From NCBI GenBank assembly GCA_964057225.1, contig OZ059898.1, positions 12,648,001-12,712,000 on the forward strand: a stretch of 64,000 nt of DNA, read 5' to 3'. Shown here one piece after another: positions 51,862-64,000 of the stretch (its first letter is position 1; every line of letters starts with the position of its first letter). The translations under genes and the position numbers were made by a program. This stretch comes from Auanema rhodensis. Its lineage: Eukaryota; Animalia; Nematoda. The notes under the pieces are model-generated. The model was not told where the DNA came from, ran no database searches, and saw only the letters and a program-made list of their open reading frames with translations.

Positions 51862-53097
51862 GAGAGAGAGGGAAAGAGAGAAAGAGAGAAAGAATAGCAT
51901 TGTTAGTTAACAAAAAATAATGTATAATAAAGGAATGTGATCTACTTATCTACTTAGCTTCCGAGTCAACGGCTTCTTCTTCAAATTTCAATTCTGTTTC
52001 TTTCTTTTTTCTTTTATTAGAAGTTTTTTCTTTCTTTCCTTTTAATTTTTATGTTTTTTAATCTTCTTCTAAGCTTTTTTTTACCAAAAAAAAGAAAGAA
52101 AAATTGAGTTTGAAAAAGAAGAGAAAGATGAAAGAATAAAATTTATTTTTTGTTTTATAAAGCGATGCTGGCAGCTTAATCAAAACTTTTCGTCTGCCTG
52201 AAAGCTATACTATCTTTCCTCTTAATGCTACCACCAACACCAAGTGTAGTATTCAGATTTCATTGAGCTTCTCCATCAAAAAATCTAGATGTAGCTTTGA
52301 AAGTTCCGGTATATCTACATATATACAGATAAAATGAATAGATTAAACATAATAATAGTTTTTATTATCATTAATCATTCATATAGAAACAGCTCAATGC
52401 TTCTTTACTTTTCACAAGAACTACATCATAAGAGCATGCTATCTCACGCGAATTTCCGTTGAACTAGTTGAAGGAGTAAATTCTCAAACATGTAATGGAT
52501 CATTGAATTGAGAAAATGTACCAAATCAACTGTATGATCATCAAATGAATATATTTATATTCAATTATAATATTTTATATATATATATATATATATATAG
52601 GTTATAGATTATATAATATATATATAATATATATATAGACAATTAAGTTTTATGGAATATTTCATTAAAAATTGATAATAATCATAATAATAATGACCAA
52701 CACTAAGCTAAGACCAACACAGTTCAAGTCCCCTCCCATATTTCTCTCTTTTCACCCACCCAACATCTAAACTCCTCCCTCTCTTTTAATTCAAAGTTTT
52801 TTTTTGCCAATTTTGTCATTTCATTGACGAAGTCAACAGCCTCTCAGTAATTATAATTATATTTTAAACTTTTTTTTTTCATTCAAATTCAACACTTAAT
52901 TCATTTATCTGATATGAAGTATCAAATTTAAATTCAGCAAACTTTCAATAGTACATGGTCTTCCCTTCTTGGAGGATCACTTTCTCTTTCAGTTTCACTC
53001 TCTCTCTCTCCCTGACTCTCTCTCTCTTCTTTCTTTATTTCATTTCTTTTTCTTCTTAAATAGTTTCAAACTTTAAACTTGAAAATCATAAAAGATC

Positions 53098-53205
53098 ATG
53101 TGGATTTTGGGCCGCGACCAACATATTGTCCTTCTCCTGCTTTTGCTCTTGCTACTGCTTCCGCTGGCTAGGCTTGAACCATCTATTACATTTCAATTTT
53201 TTTGA
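53098..53205 (+). other. 35-aa small ORF with a Leu-rich signal-like segment followed by a copy of the neuropeptide core (RLEPSI)
   Basis: ATG 53098 to TGA 53203-53205: MWILGRDQHIVLLLLLLLLLLPLARLEPSITFQFF*. Expression is not demonstrable from sequence. Confidence 0.35.
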
Positions 53206-53568
53206 ACACTAATGCATTCTGATTTACCAACTGTTAAAACAGGAAATTCACAAATTTTATTTATAATATTCAAGACATATGAGATGTCTGATTTTTTGGT
53301 CAACATTCAAAAAAATTCATTAGAGTATAGACCAATACAGCTAGGCTCAGGCACAGAAATGTTTTTTTGGGAGAATCTAATACCCTTTCTTCTGGAACTT
53401 TCATTACATTTCAAAGAAGATTATCAGCTTTCATAGAGTTTATATGTCTCATTCATTTATTCTAAAATCTTCAAACAATTCTATTTTTATCTTGAATGAA
53501 TCTATTTTTAAATTTTATCTTCCTTTAAAAAAATTTTATTCAATTTTAGGTAAATCTTTGCGTCAATT

Positions 53569-53910
53569 ATGAAGACTATTTTTGGATGTGTTTTCTCTCT
53601 TCTTTTCATTATGGGTTAGTTTTTTCTTCAATAAACAGCTTAATTTCCTTTTTTCTTCTTTTACAGCTTTGGTGCCAGTTTCTGAGCAACAAAGTTATCT
53701 AAATTCGTATCTCACGGCTGCGGATCAACCTGAATACAAGGGAGCCAGTCGTGTTGCTGCTTTTATGCCATACCAGAAGAAATGGTCTCGTTTGGAGCCC
53801 TCAATCCGGTATGTATAACCATCTGTTATGACTATATAACCAGAACTAATTTGATTTTCAGCTTTTTCAAACGCTCTGGAGCATCTGATAACATGCAGTT
53901 GATAGTTTGA
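53569..53910 (+). CDS. Neuropeptide-like precursor (nlp-type); predicted mature peptide WSRLEPSIRFF
   Basis: Three exons give MKTIFGCVFSLLFIMALVPVSEQQSYLNSYLTAADQPEYKGASRVAAFMPYQKKWSRLEPSIRFFKRSGASDNMQLIV*. It has a signal peptide and one peptide flanked by dibasic KK/KR sites, with no amidation Gly. A TTTTAG acceptor lies ~20 nt before the ATG. Confidence 0.8.
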
Positions 53911-56148
53911 TATGTGACGTACACACAGTGAAATACCGTATTCCTCAGTTGCCACTTTACTTCACGGTCCTGAAGTAATCCTGTCACTCTTTCTCATTGC
54001 ATGTTTTGTATTTCTTTTGTATTTTTTTAGAATTATCATGTAACATTCATTCTCTTCTTCTCTCTCCATTGTGTTCCATGTCGTCGTCGTTGTCCACAAG
54101 CTTCGTATTTCTTAATCTCCTTTCTCTCGTACTATCTTACTCTCTCGCTCTCTCTTTTTCTTAATTTTTGTTCTTCTTTTATCTTTCTCTAATTATTTCG
54201 TCCAGCTGTAACTCTTAAATGAACTCTCAGTTCTTGAAATACTAAGAGAGTTACAACTTACTTAGTACAGAATACAAAAGTCCCATATCACTCACTCGTA
54301 AAGTTGTGTAAAAGTTGAAAGAATAAAGATTGTATTCGTATCTTAACTAATATAAAAATATAAAAATAATAAAAAAACATTCAATACATGAAAATCCATT
54401 GAAAAAGCCTAAAGCTGAATTCATTTTGAACATGTGAACAGCAAATAAAGTTAAAACATTGAAGCATGTCGTTGGTGTTGTCAATAAGGATAGTTAACCA
54501 ACCATATACGTAAGCATGTTTATATAAATATAAATTATTATAATTATATATTTTTCTTCATTATAGTTAGTTTGAAATTAAAAAAACAATAATAATAATT
54601 CGTTTAAGAAAATTGAAATGCGTCATGACATTTAGATATCTACATAGTATATACACATACATCTGTGTAAGTATGATCAATGAACATAACCAGAATATAA
54701 GAAGGTTGGATGTTTAATATATGAATTTTTGAAGAAATAAATAAGCGGAAAACAGCTCATCAATTTTCTTTTTGACTATATCATATCTATCTATCCATAT
54801 ATCAATATGTATACATATATATATCTCTGTATCTTTCATCATCAACAACGTTTTTAAATTTCAGAATCATTTAACGAAAGAAATTGATGATGTCGTCTCG
54901 TTTGTCTATGTTGTCAGTCTGTGGCATGTATTTGGTCAAGTTTAATAGAATAAATGGATAAACTTTATTCAATTTTTATGTTTGAAATCATCATAACTTC
55001 TAATACAAATAAAAATATTTTTTCTTCATCATTTTTTGTCTTTTTATCTGAACAGATAGAGGAGTTAGAAGAGGGGAACGGAGGGTTGCGAGAGAAGAGT
55101 TAAAAGAGAACAACAGTAGATTGAAAGAGATGCAAATATGATGTCATGTACAAAACTTATTTTCAATCAACTCATTTTGCATAATTTATTGAGAAAAATT
55201 ATTTTTTCCATCATATATTCACTTTTTGACATATCCTTTTCATTATTTGTATTTATCATAAATATATAAACAGTTAAATATAGTTAATTATGAGATACAC
55301 ACATTCAGATATGAACTTATACAAACTTCATTATAGCATTTAACTTCTGCAAGCTGTAGATGAAGCACAAGCTTCATCCACAATCCACGTGGGCTTCAGT
55401 GTGGCTAAAGCTAAACTTAAGCAAACATAGGATGCAAAAGACTTAAATGAATCAAGATATAGCACATTAGATTGGTTTAAGATTAAAAAAAAGATTCATT
55501 TATACTATCGTTTCTATTTTAATTTCTAAAATTATTTTTATTTCCATGAAGAAGGCGACTACGACGCCACCGACTACAACAATGCTGCTGCTGATGATGA
55601 CGAAGAGAAAGATGAGGACGAATGAAGAATTCTGAAATATGTACAGCTCATAGTTTGCGGGGGGACGATGATTGGTTTTCATTTGACCTTTGCTATTCAA
55701 GCTTCAGCAACCTTAAAGCATATTCAAATAACGTGGTATTCAGAGTTAATCGAAGTGCATCGTTTTTTCGAAATTTCCATGCTGCCCATTCATATGGGGC
55801 ATTTTCTGGATCCGACTGATTTACATTCACATTTCACGGGCTTGAGCATATCAAATACAGAGAACAAATTGTTCGTTCATGATTTGTATTCCATAAATTC
55901 TTCCTGAAACTCGTTAAAAGTCCAAGAAAAAATAATTAAAATATACTATTACTATGATAATTAACCACATATTTCAAATAATAATAATTAAAATCAGCTA
56001 AATTATGAAGAACTGATGGGAATTTAAAGAATATAAATATTTTTCTGCACATAATTATTTTCATAATAGAATTGATTTCATTTTGCTGCTTCATATGCTT
56101 TTCCCTTCAAACACTTATACTTACATAATTTGCTCTCAGACTTTTCAT

Positions 56149-56150
<2 letters not shown>

Positions 56151-56195
<45 letters not shown>
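56151..56195. repeat. (AG)n microsatellite
   Basis: Pure dinucleotide run. Confidence 0.95.
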
Positions 56196-56198
<3 letters not shown>

Positions 56199-57217
56199 GC
56201 AATTGTTTCAACGATATTCAAGGCTTAATACTTTATTGCAACTTGTAACCTGTTTGATTTAAAAACATACAGATATACACAGAAAATTTAAGAGATTTTA
56301 TTCATATGAGATCATTAATACAAGGTCTAACATACATTATAAGTATTTCTTCGTTTGATATGAACGTCTTAGTAAAAGAAAAATATATGTACAATTATAT
56401 AAATAGAATCTGAGAATCTTCTGACAGAATGACGTCAATAAAACTTTTTCTTCTATTTCTTTTGACGTTTTTTTACACGTATTTTATGCTGACTAAATCT
56501 CAAAATATAAAGATTATATGAGAAGACGTTGAGATGAGGATGGTAGTGGTAGCATTGATGGAAGTGGTAATACTAGTAGAAGTAGATGTAGCTAACTAAA
56601 CTTTCACATTTCAGTTAATCTACTAAAGCATTGGAGAACGAGGAGTAGAAGAGATTCATCGTCATCATAATAATTATCATGATCATCATCGATTTCTAAG
56701 AAAAAACTTAAATTCATGTATTTGATAATGAAATATCGATGATGATTCTGATGATGTTAATGATGATGAGATAGATCAACAAACTGAATCTAACGCTCTT
56801 TCTCATTCTTTTTCTCTCAACAGAGTATACTAATTCTTAAAAAAATGTTAGAACAAGTAATATATGAAATAAAAAAAAATAACAAGAAAAACTGAGGTTC
56901 TTGAGGCAAAAAAAATTGAGAAAATGCGGGGGTGGGCAGTGGTTAGATATAGTTTGGTTAGTTATAAGGGAAACCTTTCAGTGAATGAAAAGAGTAAAAG
57001 AAAAGAGGGAAGGGGATAAGGTTAAAGGTCAGAGTAAATAAATTGGTTAAAACAAAGTGAAAGAAAGATCGTTAGCGTGATTAATACAGAGAAATTTGAT
57101 TGGCTCACTGCCAAAACATTAGTGTTGACAACAGGAAAGAAACATATCCTGTTGAAAAATGGTTAGCATAGTTAGTAAAATTGGTTTTTTTTTTTCAAAA
57201 AAAATAGTCAAATATGG

Positions 57218-58378
57218 TTAGTAGAAATTTACACCTGAGCTACGATTAGCTCTTACATCTTCCATGCTTTCCCATAGGGCAGATTCAGCTAACTGACTAG
57301 CTAGCTCTTCAGCATGAGCAATGATTGATACCTGAAAAGGTTGCCAAACTTGATAATAACGTTATCAAATTGCAAGTTTGAGTTGCAAGTTTAGAAACAC
57401 ACCTGTCGTTTGCCCATTTTATTTCCATTGGAATCCTTCTTTTTCAACGTTCCTGTACTAGGTTTAGGTGTTGTATATGCTTCTCCAATTCGAGATATAG
57501 CCTAGAAGTTTAAGATGTAATAAAGCTTTTTAAAATTAAAAATCAAATTAATTCATAAAAATAATTTTGTAAATATAATATTTTGATAATATCGAGAAAA
57601 TTTATAACAAAGAACAGCTTTCAAACTACTTGCGTGGGGTGGGGGGGGGGGGGTAGATGTTGATAGACATAGATAGATAGACGAATTTAGACAGTGATAT
57701 GAGATAAATGTGAAAATATCCGACAGATTATTAGGAATCAGAATGATGTATGTAACAACAAAGATCAGAAATATCTTCTTCGATCCTATATATCATTGAG
57801 ATGATGCATATAGAAAGCTTTTTGTGATCAAAAAGTTGAAGATGAGAATCAAGTACACTAGAGAGAGAAAGCAATAAAGATAGAAGGATTTTCTATTACA
57901 TATAGATATATATTCAAATGTATATGAAAGATATAGTTAAAGCTTTGTCTAAGAAGATAAACCAAAGCATTGATATCGTTTCTTACAAAAAATATTTTGA
58001 GATCTAAGCTCAAATAAGAAATGATTTGAGTATGATTATGATATTAAGAAATCAAGCCGTACAGCTGTACAGTTTGCTTCAAATCATAATTTATTCAAAC
58101 TGAAGTGGACGAAGAAAAAAGTGAGGGAAAACCAAAATTTCATGCAAAAACACGTACAAATAACCTTTTTAGGGTCATGGATAAAGTAGTTAAGTCAAAA
58201 AAAGAGATTATGATATACTCATACTATCCCATTTCTCATCGTTTTCTTATATTATTTGCAAATATTCATAATCTTTTTGCTTTTTGTGACTTGTTGTGTT
58301 GACTAACTCATAATATAAGAATTAAAAGAAACAGAAATAGCCTATATATCTAGCTAACTATATACATATATATAGAAT

Positions 58379-58418
<40 letters not shown>

Positions 58419-61411
58419 TTTAATATTTTGGAAATGCTTACTGATTGTACACTGGTTGGTTTTCCTAATGGAATAACTTCTGTCATGCCAATTCCTTCAG
58501 CTTTTGCCTTTATATGAACCCAAAGCATCGCCAAAAAGGCAAGTACTTCAATTCCAGTTATAAAATAGAATAGAAAACCAGCTGACCAAGGAATAGTAAC
58601 GCTGTAATAATAATTATGTGATGATTAGAAGTTAAGAAAAATATATTACATATAGTTAAAAGATGACTCTAACTATATGAGTAATGATTATGAATATTTC
58701 AACTGCACCTGTAGATGTTTGCGAAAATAATGGTTGAAATGATGAACGCTAAGTCAGTTCCGATACCAAATAATGAAAAGATTCGTCCAATTTCAGCTTG
58801 TGGTATAAGCTGAAATTCATAATTATTACCAAAATACAAACAAAATGAATAAAATTCAATAATAAAAGTATAAAAAAGATTTTAGAAAGTTACCTGAGCA
58901 ACAAAAGATACAACAGCTGGTTGAACGAGTCCACTAAACATTCCAACCACGTTAGCTATATACATCATTAATGTATTAACTGAGCAAGCTATAAATAGTG
59001 TTCGAAGACATGATGAGAATAGACCTGAAATATCATCGTTTTGTATTAAAAAAATAGAATATTTATTCATTTAATTCTATTTCTGAATACTACTTTTCTT
59101 TTTCTCCTTCTTTTTATGAACAAATCTTTTTTGCTGCATATTAGAATGGCATTTCCCAGATGTTTCACGTACGTCATTACACGTAAATGCCACGTAAACG
59201 TCAGCTAGAGCATGCTCGTACATCATTCATGTTCATACATAAGACAGTGAACGGTTGCTTTTTTTTGTTCTCTTTGTTTAATTCCGAAAAAAAATGGCAA
59301 TGTGAATGACCTACCGATTAGAATAATTGTTGTTTCACGTAAGTGTAACATTTTTTTGAAAATGAACAGACCACCCAATGTTCCGATTAAAGCTGAAATA
59401 CAGATAAAATTATGAAAATTTGAAACTAATTTGATATTACATATGATGTAACCGGAGCCATTCCATAGTCCAAGCTCTTCAGCGTCCCAATCCAATGCAC
59501 TGTCTTCTGTTCTCCGGAATACAAAACTTGTGATAATACCACCTGTAAAGAAAATAAAGAACTTCGTTAAGATATAATTCAAAATAATTTAAAAAAAATT
59601 AAATTTCAAAGAAACATACTTGTTCTCGTTTCAGCAGCAGTTGTCAAACTGATAATTAACACAAATACAGTAATAAACATGAATGCTCTTCGATGTCCAT
59701 CACGTTTTTTTCTAAAATAGAACACATTAAATAGAAATTTGAATAAATAATTAATATATATATATAACATTTATAAAAAGACCTTTTAGAAAATAATATA
59801 GTATATAATAATTATTATTATTATAATTTATGCGTAAGTTACTAAAAAATTCTGATCGAAAGAAAACTTTGAAACAGATTGACAAATGAAATTTTGAAAA
59901 AGTATAATTCTACGGACTTACACATAGATGCTGAACCCAGAAAACATAAGCTGAGCCATGTCAGTGAAGAACTTTCTCATCTGTTCACCAACACTTTCAA
60001 CTTTTTTTGGTTTACCATCAATGGGACGAATAGCTCGACCTGCAAATTGCATTTGTAAAACATGAAATTGAAATAGCTGAGCTACTTGTCTTGCGGTCAA
60101 TTTCATAAAGACCGGGTTTTTGTGGAATTCTCCATAACGTATAAACGAATGCTAGTAAGAAGAGAAATAGCTCAATATCAATTGCTACTGGAATTGAAAT
60201 CTGAAATACATGGATGCATGAATATGATCGAGAAAAGCATCACGTACTCCTGATGCAGCTCCGGCCGCTATGAATGCTCCTAGAGCACTGGCAAGAATCT
60301 GAAATGCGCTGAAGATTCCACTGCGAATTGTCAATTCATTCCAATCATCAGTTGTATCAGCTAGATAGGCATTACATGAGACAGGAATCTGAAACTTGCG
60401 TCAATCATCTGGTTCGTAATGCAACTGTTCTACCATGGATATGAATCCAGTCATGCCAGCTACGGCAGAGAATAGAAGTGTGGTCCAATAAGGTGTTGCA
60501 ACATCTGACAGTGTTAGTAGAAAACCGAATTCCGATACAACAATTCCACAAATTCCCAAAAGAATATTGGTTTTTCGACCATTTTTATCACCATAAGCTC
60601 CTATAACACGAGAATTAGCAACAAAATGCTTCCGTTAAGCGTTTCAAAGCAAAATACCTAATATGGTGTCAGCAATAATTGCAGGAAAAAGATATGCTAA
60701 AACATGAAATAACGACCATAAAGCTGTATGTTGTTGAACATAATCTTCTACATATTCAGATCTAGAAAAATAAGTTTTTTGCCAAAGTTCTAAAGCTGTA
60801 AGCTTACTCTATACGAGCACAGCTAACTGCTTCATCTTGACCATAATAGATTTCACATATTCTGGAAAACAAATATGTTGAGTAAGAAGAGGAAGAACAA
60901 TTTGAACAGTGAATAAACCAATGAGTATAAACTATTTGATTTGATATCGATTTCAAATATTTTTTTTTGTAAAAAAATAAAAAATATTTCTAATATTATA
61001 TAAAATAATATGTTTAAATTTATACATATAGATAAGCTTGAAATGATATAAGCATGACTACTGATGAATCAAGTTTGAAAAAAAAAGAAAAAAATACAAA
61101 ATGTTAGTAAGAATAGGGAGAAAAAACCAAATACAAGATCAAAATGAAGATGAAATCGAGTTAAAAACAAACAAAATTGAGGAATTGTTTGATACGACAG
61201 ATAGAAATATGACAAGAAAATACAAAAGAAACGAAGAAGAAAATAGAAAAGAAGAATCAAGTAAAGCAAATTACCTTTTATATATTCCGGGTGCTTGTAT
61301 TGTGTTTCCAAAAACGATTCCAAATGAAATCAGAAATATAATGGGCTCAACAGACACATTCCATATTCGAAACTTTATTTGGGCCCATAGTTTTGACCAC
61401 TGAGTGACCAT
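57218..61411 (-). CDS. MFS transporter, SLC46 (PCFT/HCP1-like) family, multi-exon
   Basis: N-terminal VSVEPIIFL, LGAYGDKNGRKTNILL, NAYLADTT...ELTIRSGI, KKRDGHRRAF, LRETTIILIG, IPQAEIGRIFS and ~12 hydrophobic segments, ending SSGVNFY* (TAA 57220-57218). ATG 61411 directly follows an acceptor, so an upstream exon is possible. Confidence 0.88.
58382..58412. repeat. (AT)n microsatellite, intronic
   Basis: Pure dinucleotide run. Confidence 0.9.
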
Positions 61412-62224
61412 CTGCAATACATATGAGAGTAGAAGACGAAGCTAATCAAAATTCATAAGAAAAGTGATGATATTGAATGACAAATAGCTGGGTTCCGGTG
61501 TAGAAGAATGAGGAAGCATAAGAAATACAGAAGTAAAAAAGTGAAAATAATATTCAATAAAGGGCAGAAAATCTATAAACAGCATGACAATTGGTTCGAA
61601 AAAATCATTAAAAACTATTTGATATATAGATAGAAACAAAGGAAAATATGTATGAATAGGTGAAGTACAAGCATACTACAGCTTCAGCAAGAAGATACAA
61701 ACGAGGGCATGTGTGAAGCGAGCAGGCAAGCTGACGGCTTATCAGTAATTTTGTTCAAAAATGTTTGAATTCTGAAAAAGACGAGAGAGCAATTACTATC
61801 AGAGAATGATTGTCCAAATCTTTCAGATCAGAAAATGAGAACAGGTAGACGACGAGATAGTTGTTGAAATGAGATGAAATTTAATTGAGAAAATAAACAA
61901 ATTTCAATGTCAAAGATCATAAATGATGAAAAGATGAAACAATTGTTGAATGTCATACAACATTTTCTATTAATTGCATTCCGGTTAGCATAAAAGTATA
62001 TATATATATTATATATAATATAATATAGACAAGAGGATAGCATGAACAATGACGATTTTATTTATTAAAAATCAATCTGACAGCTAGATAATGATGTTTC
62101 TGAATTATCGGAATCAAATTTACAACCATTTGAGTTGAACAAAAAACGACAAGAAATCATTAATCGATTAGACTAGAACTATTTTTTTTTGTTCCTGTTA
62201 GAGATAAGACTCATTGAATCTCAG

Positions 62225-62228
<4 letters not shown>

Positions 62229-62260
<32 letters not shown>
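62229..62260. repeat. (TA)n microsatellite
   Basis: Pure dinucleotide run. Confidence 0.9.
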
Positions 62261-62264
<4 letters not shown>

Positions 62265-64000
62265 TAATAAAGATGATACATTAAACATAAATAATTGAAT
62301 AATATAAGAAAGCAAGCATATCAAATAACTTTGAATTAGAGAAAACAATACTAGGATGTCTGATAATAATCAGTAATATGCCATGACTTAGCTTTTAAAA
62401 ATATAATTTTTAGGCTTATTAACCATACGACAATATAATAATATATCGTTAACTGATAGCAAACTATCATAGAACTAACTATGTGTGATGTCATGCTGAT
62501 TAAAGTATGAAAACTAACATGCGTATAGATTTTTTGGCTTTTTTTTTGTTGGAAAAAGGTTCAAAGGCGGATATGATAGGCTAGGTCAGAAAGGAACAAG
62601 ACTGTACAAAAAGGAAATGTTATAGTTTGAACTCTTTCTACCAATTAGCAACTTGGAAGAATAATATACAGAAAATTAAACAAAAGAAAAAAAATAATAA
62701 CATGAGAAAAACAACCGTACATTGAACATCGTGCAAACAAAATGATTTGAAGAGCATATATGTTAAGCTATGACGACGTGAAAATATTACGTGAAAACGT
62801 GATAATAGAATCTGAGATAGAAAAACGTGTAAAACGGATACGTTTTTTTCTTCTTTGAAAAAAGAACAAGAACCAGTTCAAAGTACGTTGCGTAACATGA
62901 AAACCAAAACAAAAGAGTTGCAGAAGGAGTAGCAGTAGCATGATCATCACGCATGAAACACCTAGATGAAATAGACGCGACGAACACACACACATACACA
63001 CATGCACATACACACAAGGTCGTTAACAACGACCGGATGGACGACATGAGAGTGAGAGAAAGACGTATGGGTGATTGGGTGAACTTCAATGGTTCCAGAA
63101 ATGTAACTATCAATATTTTGAACACAAAAAAATAATTATATTATATGTATATAGTTAGTGAAATCAGATAAATGTCAATAAGATGTGCCATTAAGAACAT
63201 GAAAAACAAAAAAATAGAAGCATGCTGACGTAGCTCAAGAGCGGTAGATGTATTTGAGGTAAGTCATTAAGCTAAGAAGAAGCTGAAGCAGGTGAGGGGG
63301 GGAGGAGAATATGAGTTTTCAAAAAAATGTTAGCTAAATGAACTTCAGAGCGAAAACATCTGAACATAACTATCTATATCTATATATGTATGTGCTTTTC
63401 GCATAAAATACTATACTAAATACAATTTTGAAAAACACAATCTGTAATCCTTAGGTATACAGTGAGGGGAATAGTAGATCAGAGGTAAAATGAACAGACA
63501 TGGAAAGATAAAGAGATACAATACGAGAGAAACAAGAACATATAAGGATACGAAAAAGCATCTGTGTAAAGATTTTCAAAAATCACGAGAAACATAAGTC
63601 ATTGACAATGATATGTACGATCAGAATCGTGTTAAGAGTTGTAAGACTGATTAGAGCAAATAACGTTGAGTAAAAATGAAAAAGACAAAGAAATAGAGAG
63701 AGAAAAAGAGAGAAAAAGAGACAAAGAGAGTGCACGAGAGAGAGAGAAACAAAAAAAAAGAAAGAAAAAGATGGTATAGGAAAGCAAGAAAGAGAGAGAA
63801 AGAGATTGGCTACATAAGGGAGACAGTAACGTGGTGATGGTCCAATACGAGAACGGTAAAGTTTAAAGATCTTCTCGATTTTGCAGAAAAATAATTTCTG
63901 CAACAGGTATATCAGTGAGGAGACATAGATGGACATGTTATTGGATAATAAAATATATTCCAAAAGAGTATATGAATATAGTAAAGAATGTTCTTCTTCC

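Noticed and set aside
61101-61403. 100-aa charged ORF on the + strand
   Set aside because: It is the antisense of an SLC46 exon plus a T-rich intron; a compositional artefact.
6049-63963. Numerous 60-140 aa ORF-track entries rich in SLSL/ERER/FFF
   Set aside because: They derive from GA/CT microsatellites and T-rich non-coding DNA, mostly with non-ATG starts and no splice or homology support.
1-64000. tRNA, rRNA, CRISPR arrays, transposase or reverse-transcriptase ORFs, telomeric TTAGGC arrays
   Set aside because: None recognisable by eye. Short hairpin+CTAG motifs near 24970 and 28455 are too weak to call Helitron ends.

Overview
AT-rich, intron-dense eukaryotic DNA, almost certainly from a rhabditid (clade V-like) nematode: short ~45-65 nt GT-AG introns with TTTCAG-type acceptors, acceptor-like AG sites just before start codons (likely trans-splice sites), and nematode-type gene families. 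I spliced nine protein-coding genes by hand: NDUFS2/gas-1-like (+), ferroportin (-), a TTBK/CK1-like kinase (+), an M20 ArgE/DapE-like metallopeptidase (-), an adt-2-like ADAMTS with a ~9 kb first intron (-), a type-B carboxylesterase-fold membrane protein lacking the catalytic serine (-), a 4-TM LAPTM-like protein (-), a short neuropeptide precursor (+) and an SLC46-like MFS transporter (-). There is also a probable terminal exon of an upstream gene, a possible unrecognised 3-exon fragment, and many microsatellites. The most interesting observations are: (1) an ADAMTS intron that reads through in frame into an acidic stalk plus hydrophobic tail, which could give a membrane-anchored isoform; (2) a small upstream ORF that re-encodes the neuropeptide core RLEPSI entirely with different synonymous codons; (3) recurrent clusters of ACGTG motifs, including a 7x9-bp array; (4) a GC-rich multi-hairpin island at ~35.2 kb. 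All exon calls are manual and no database searches were run.
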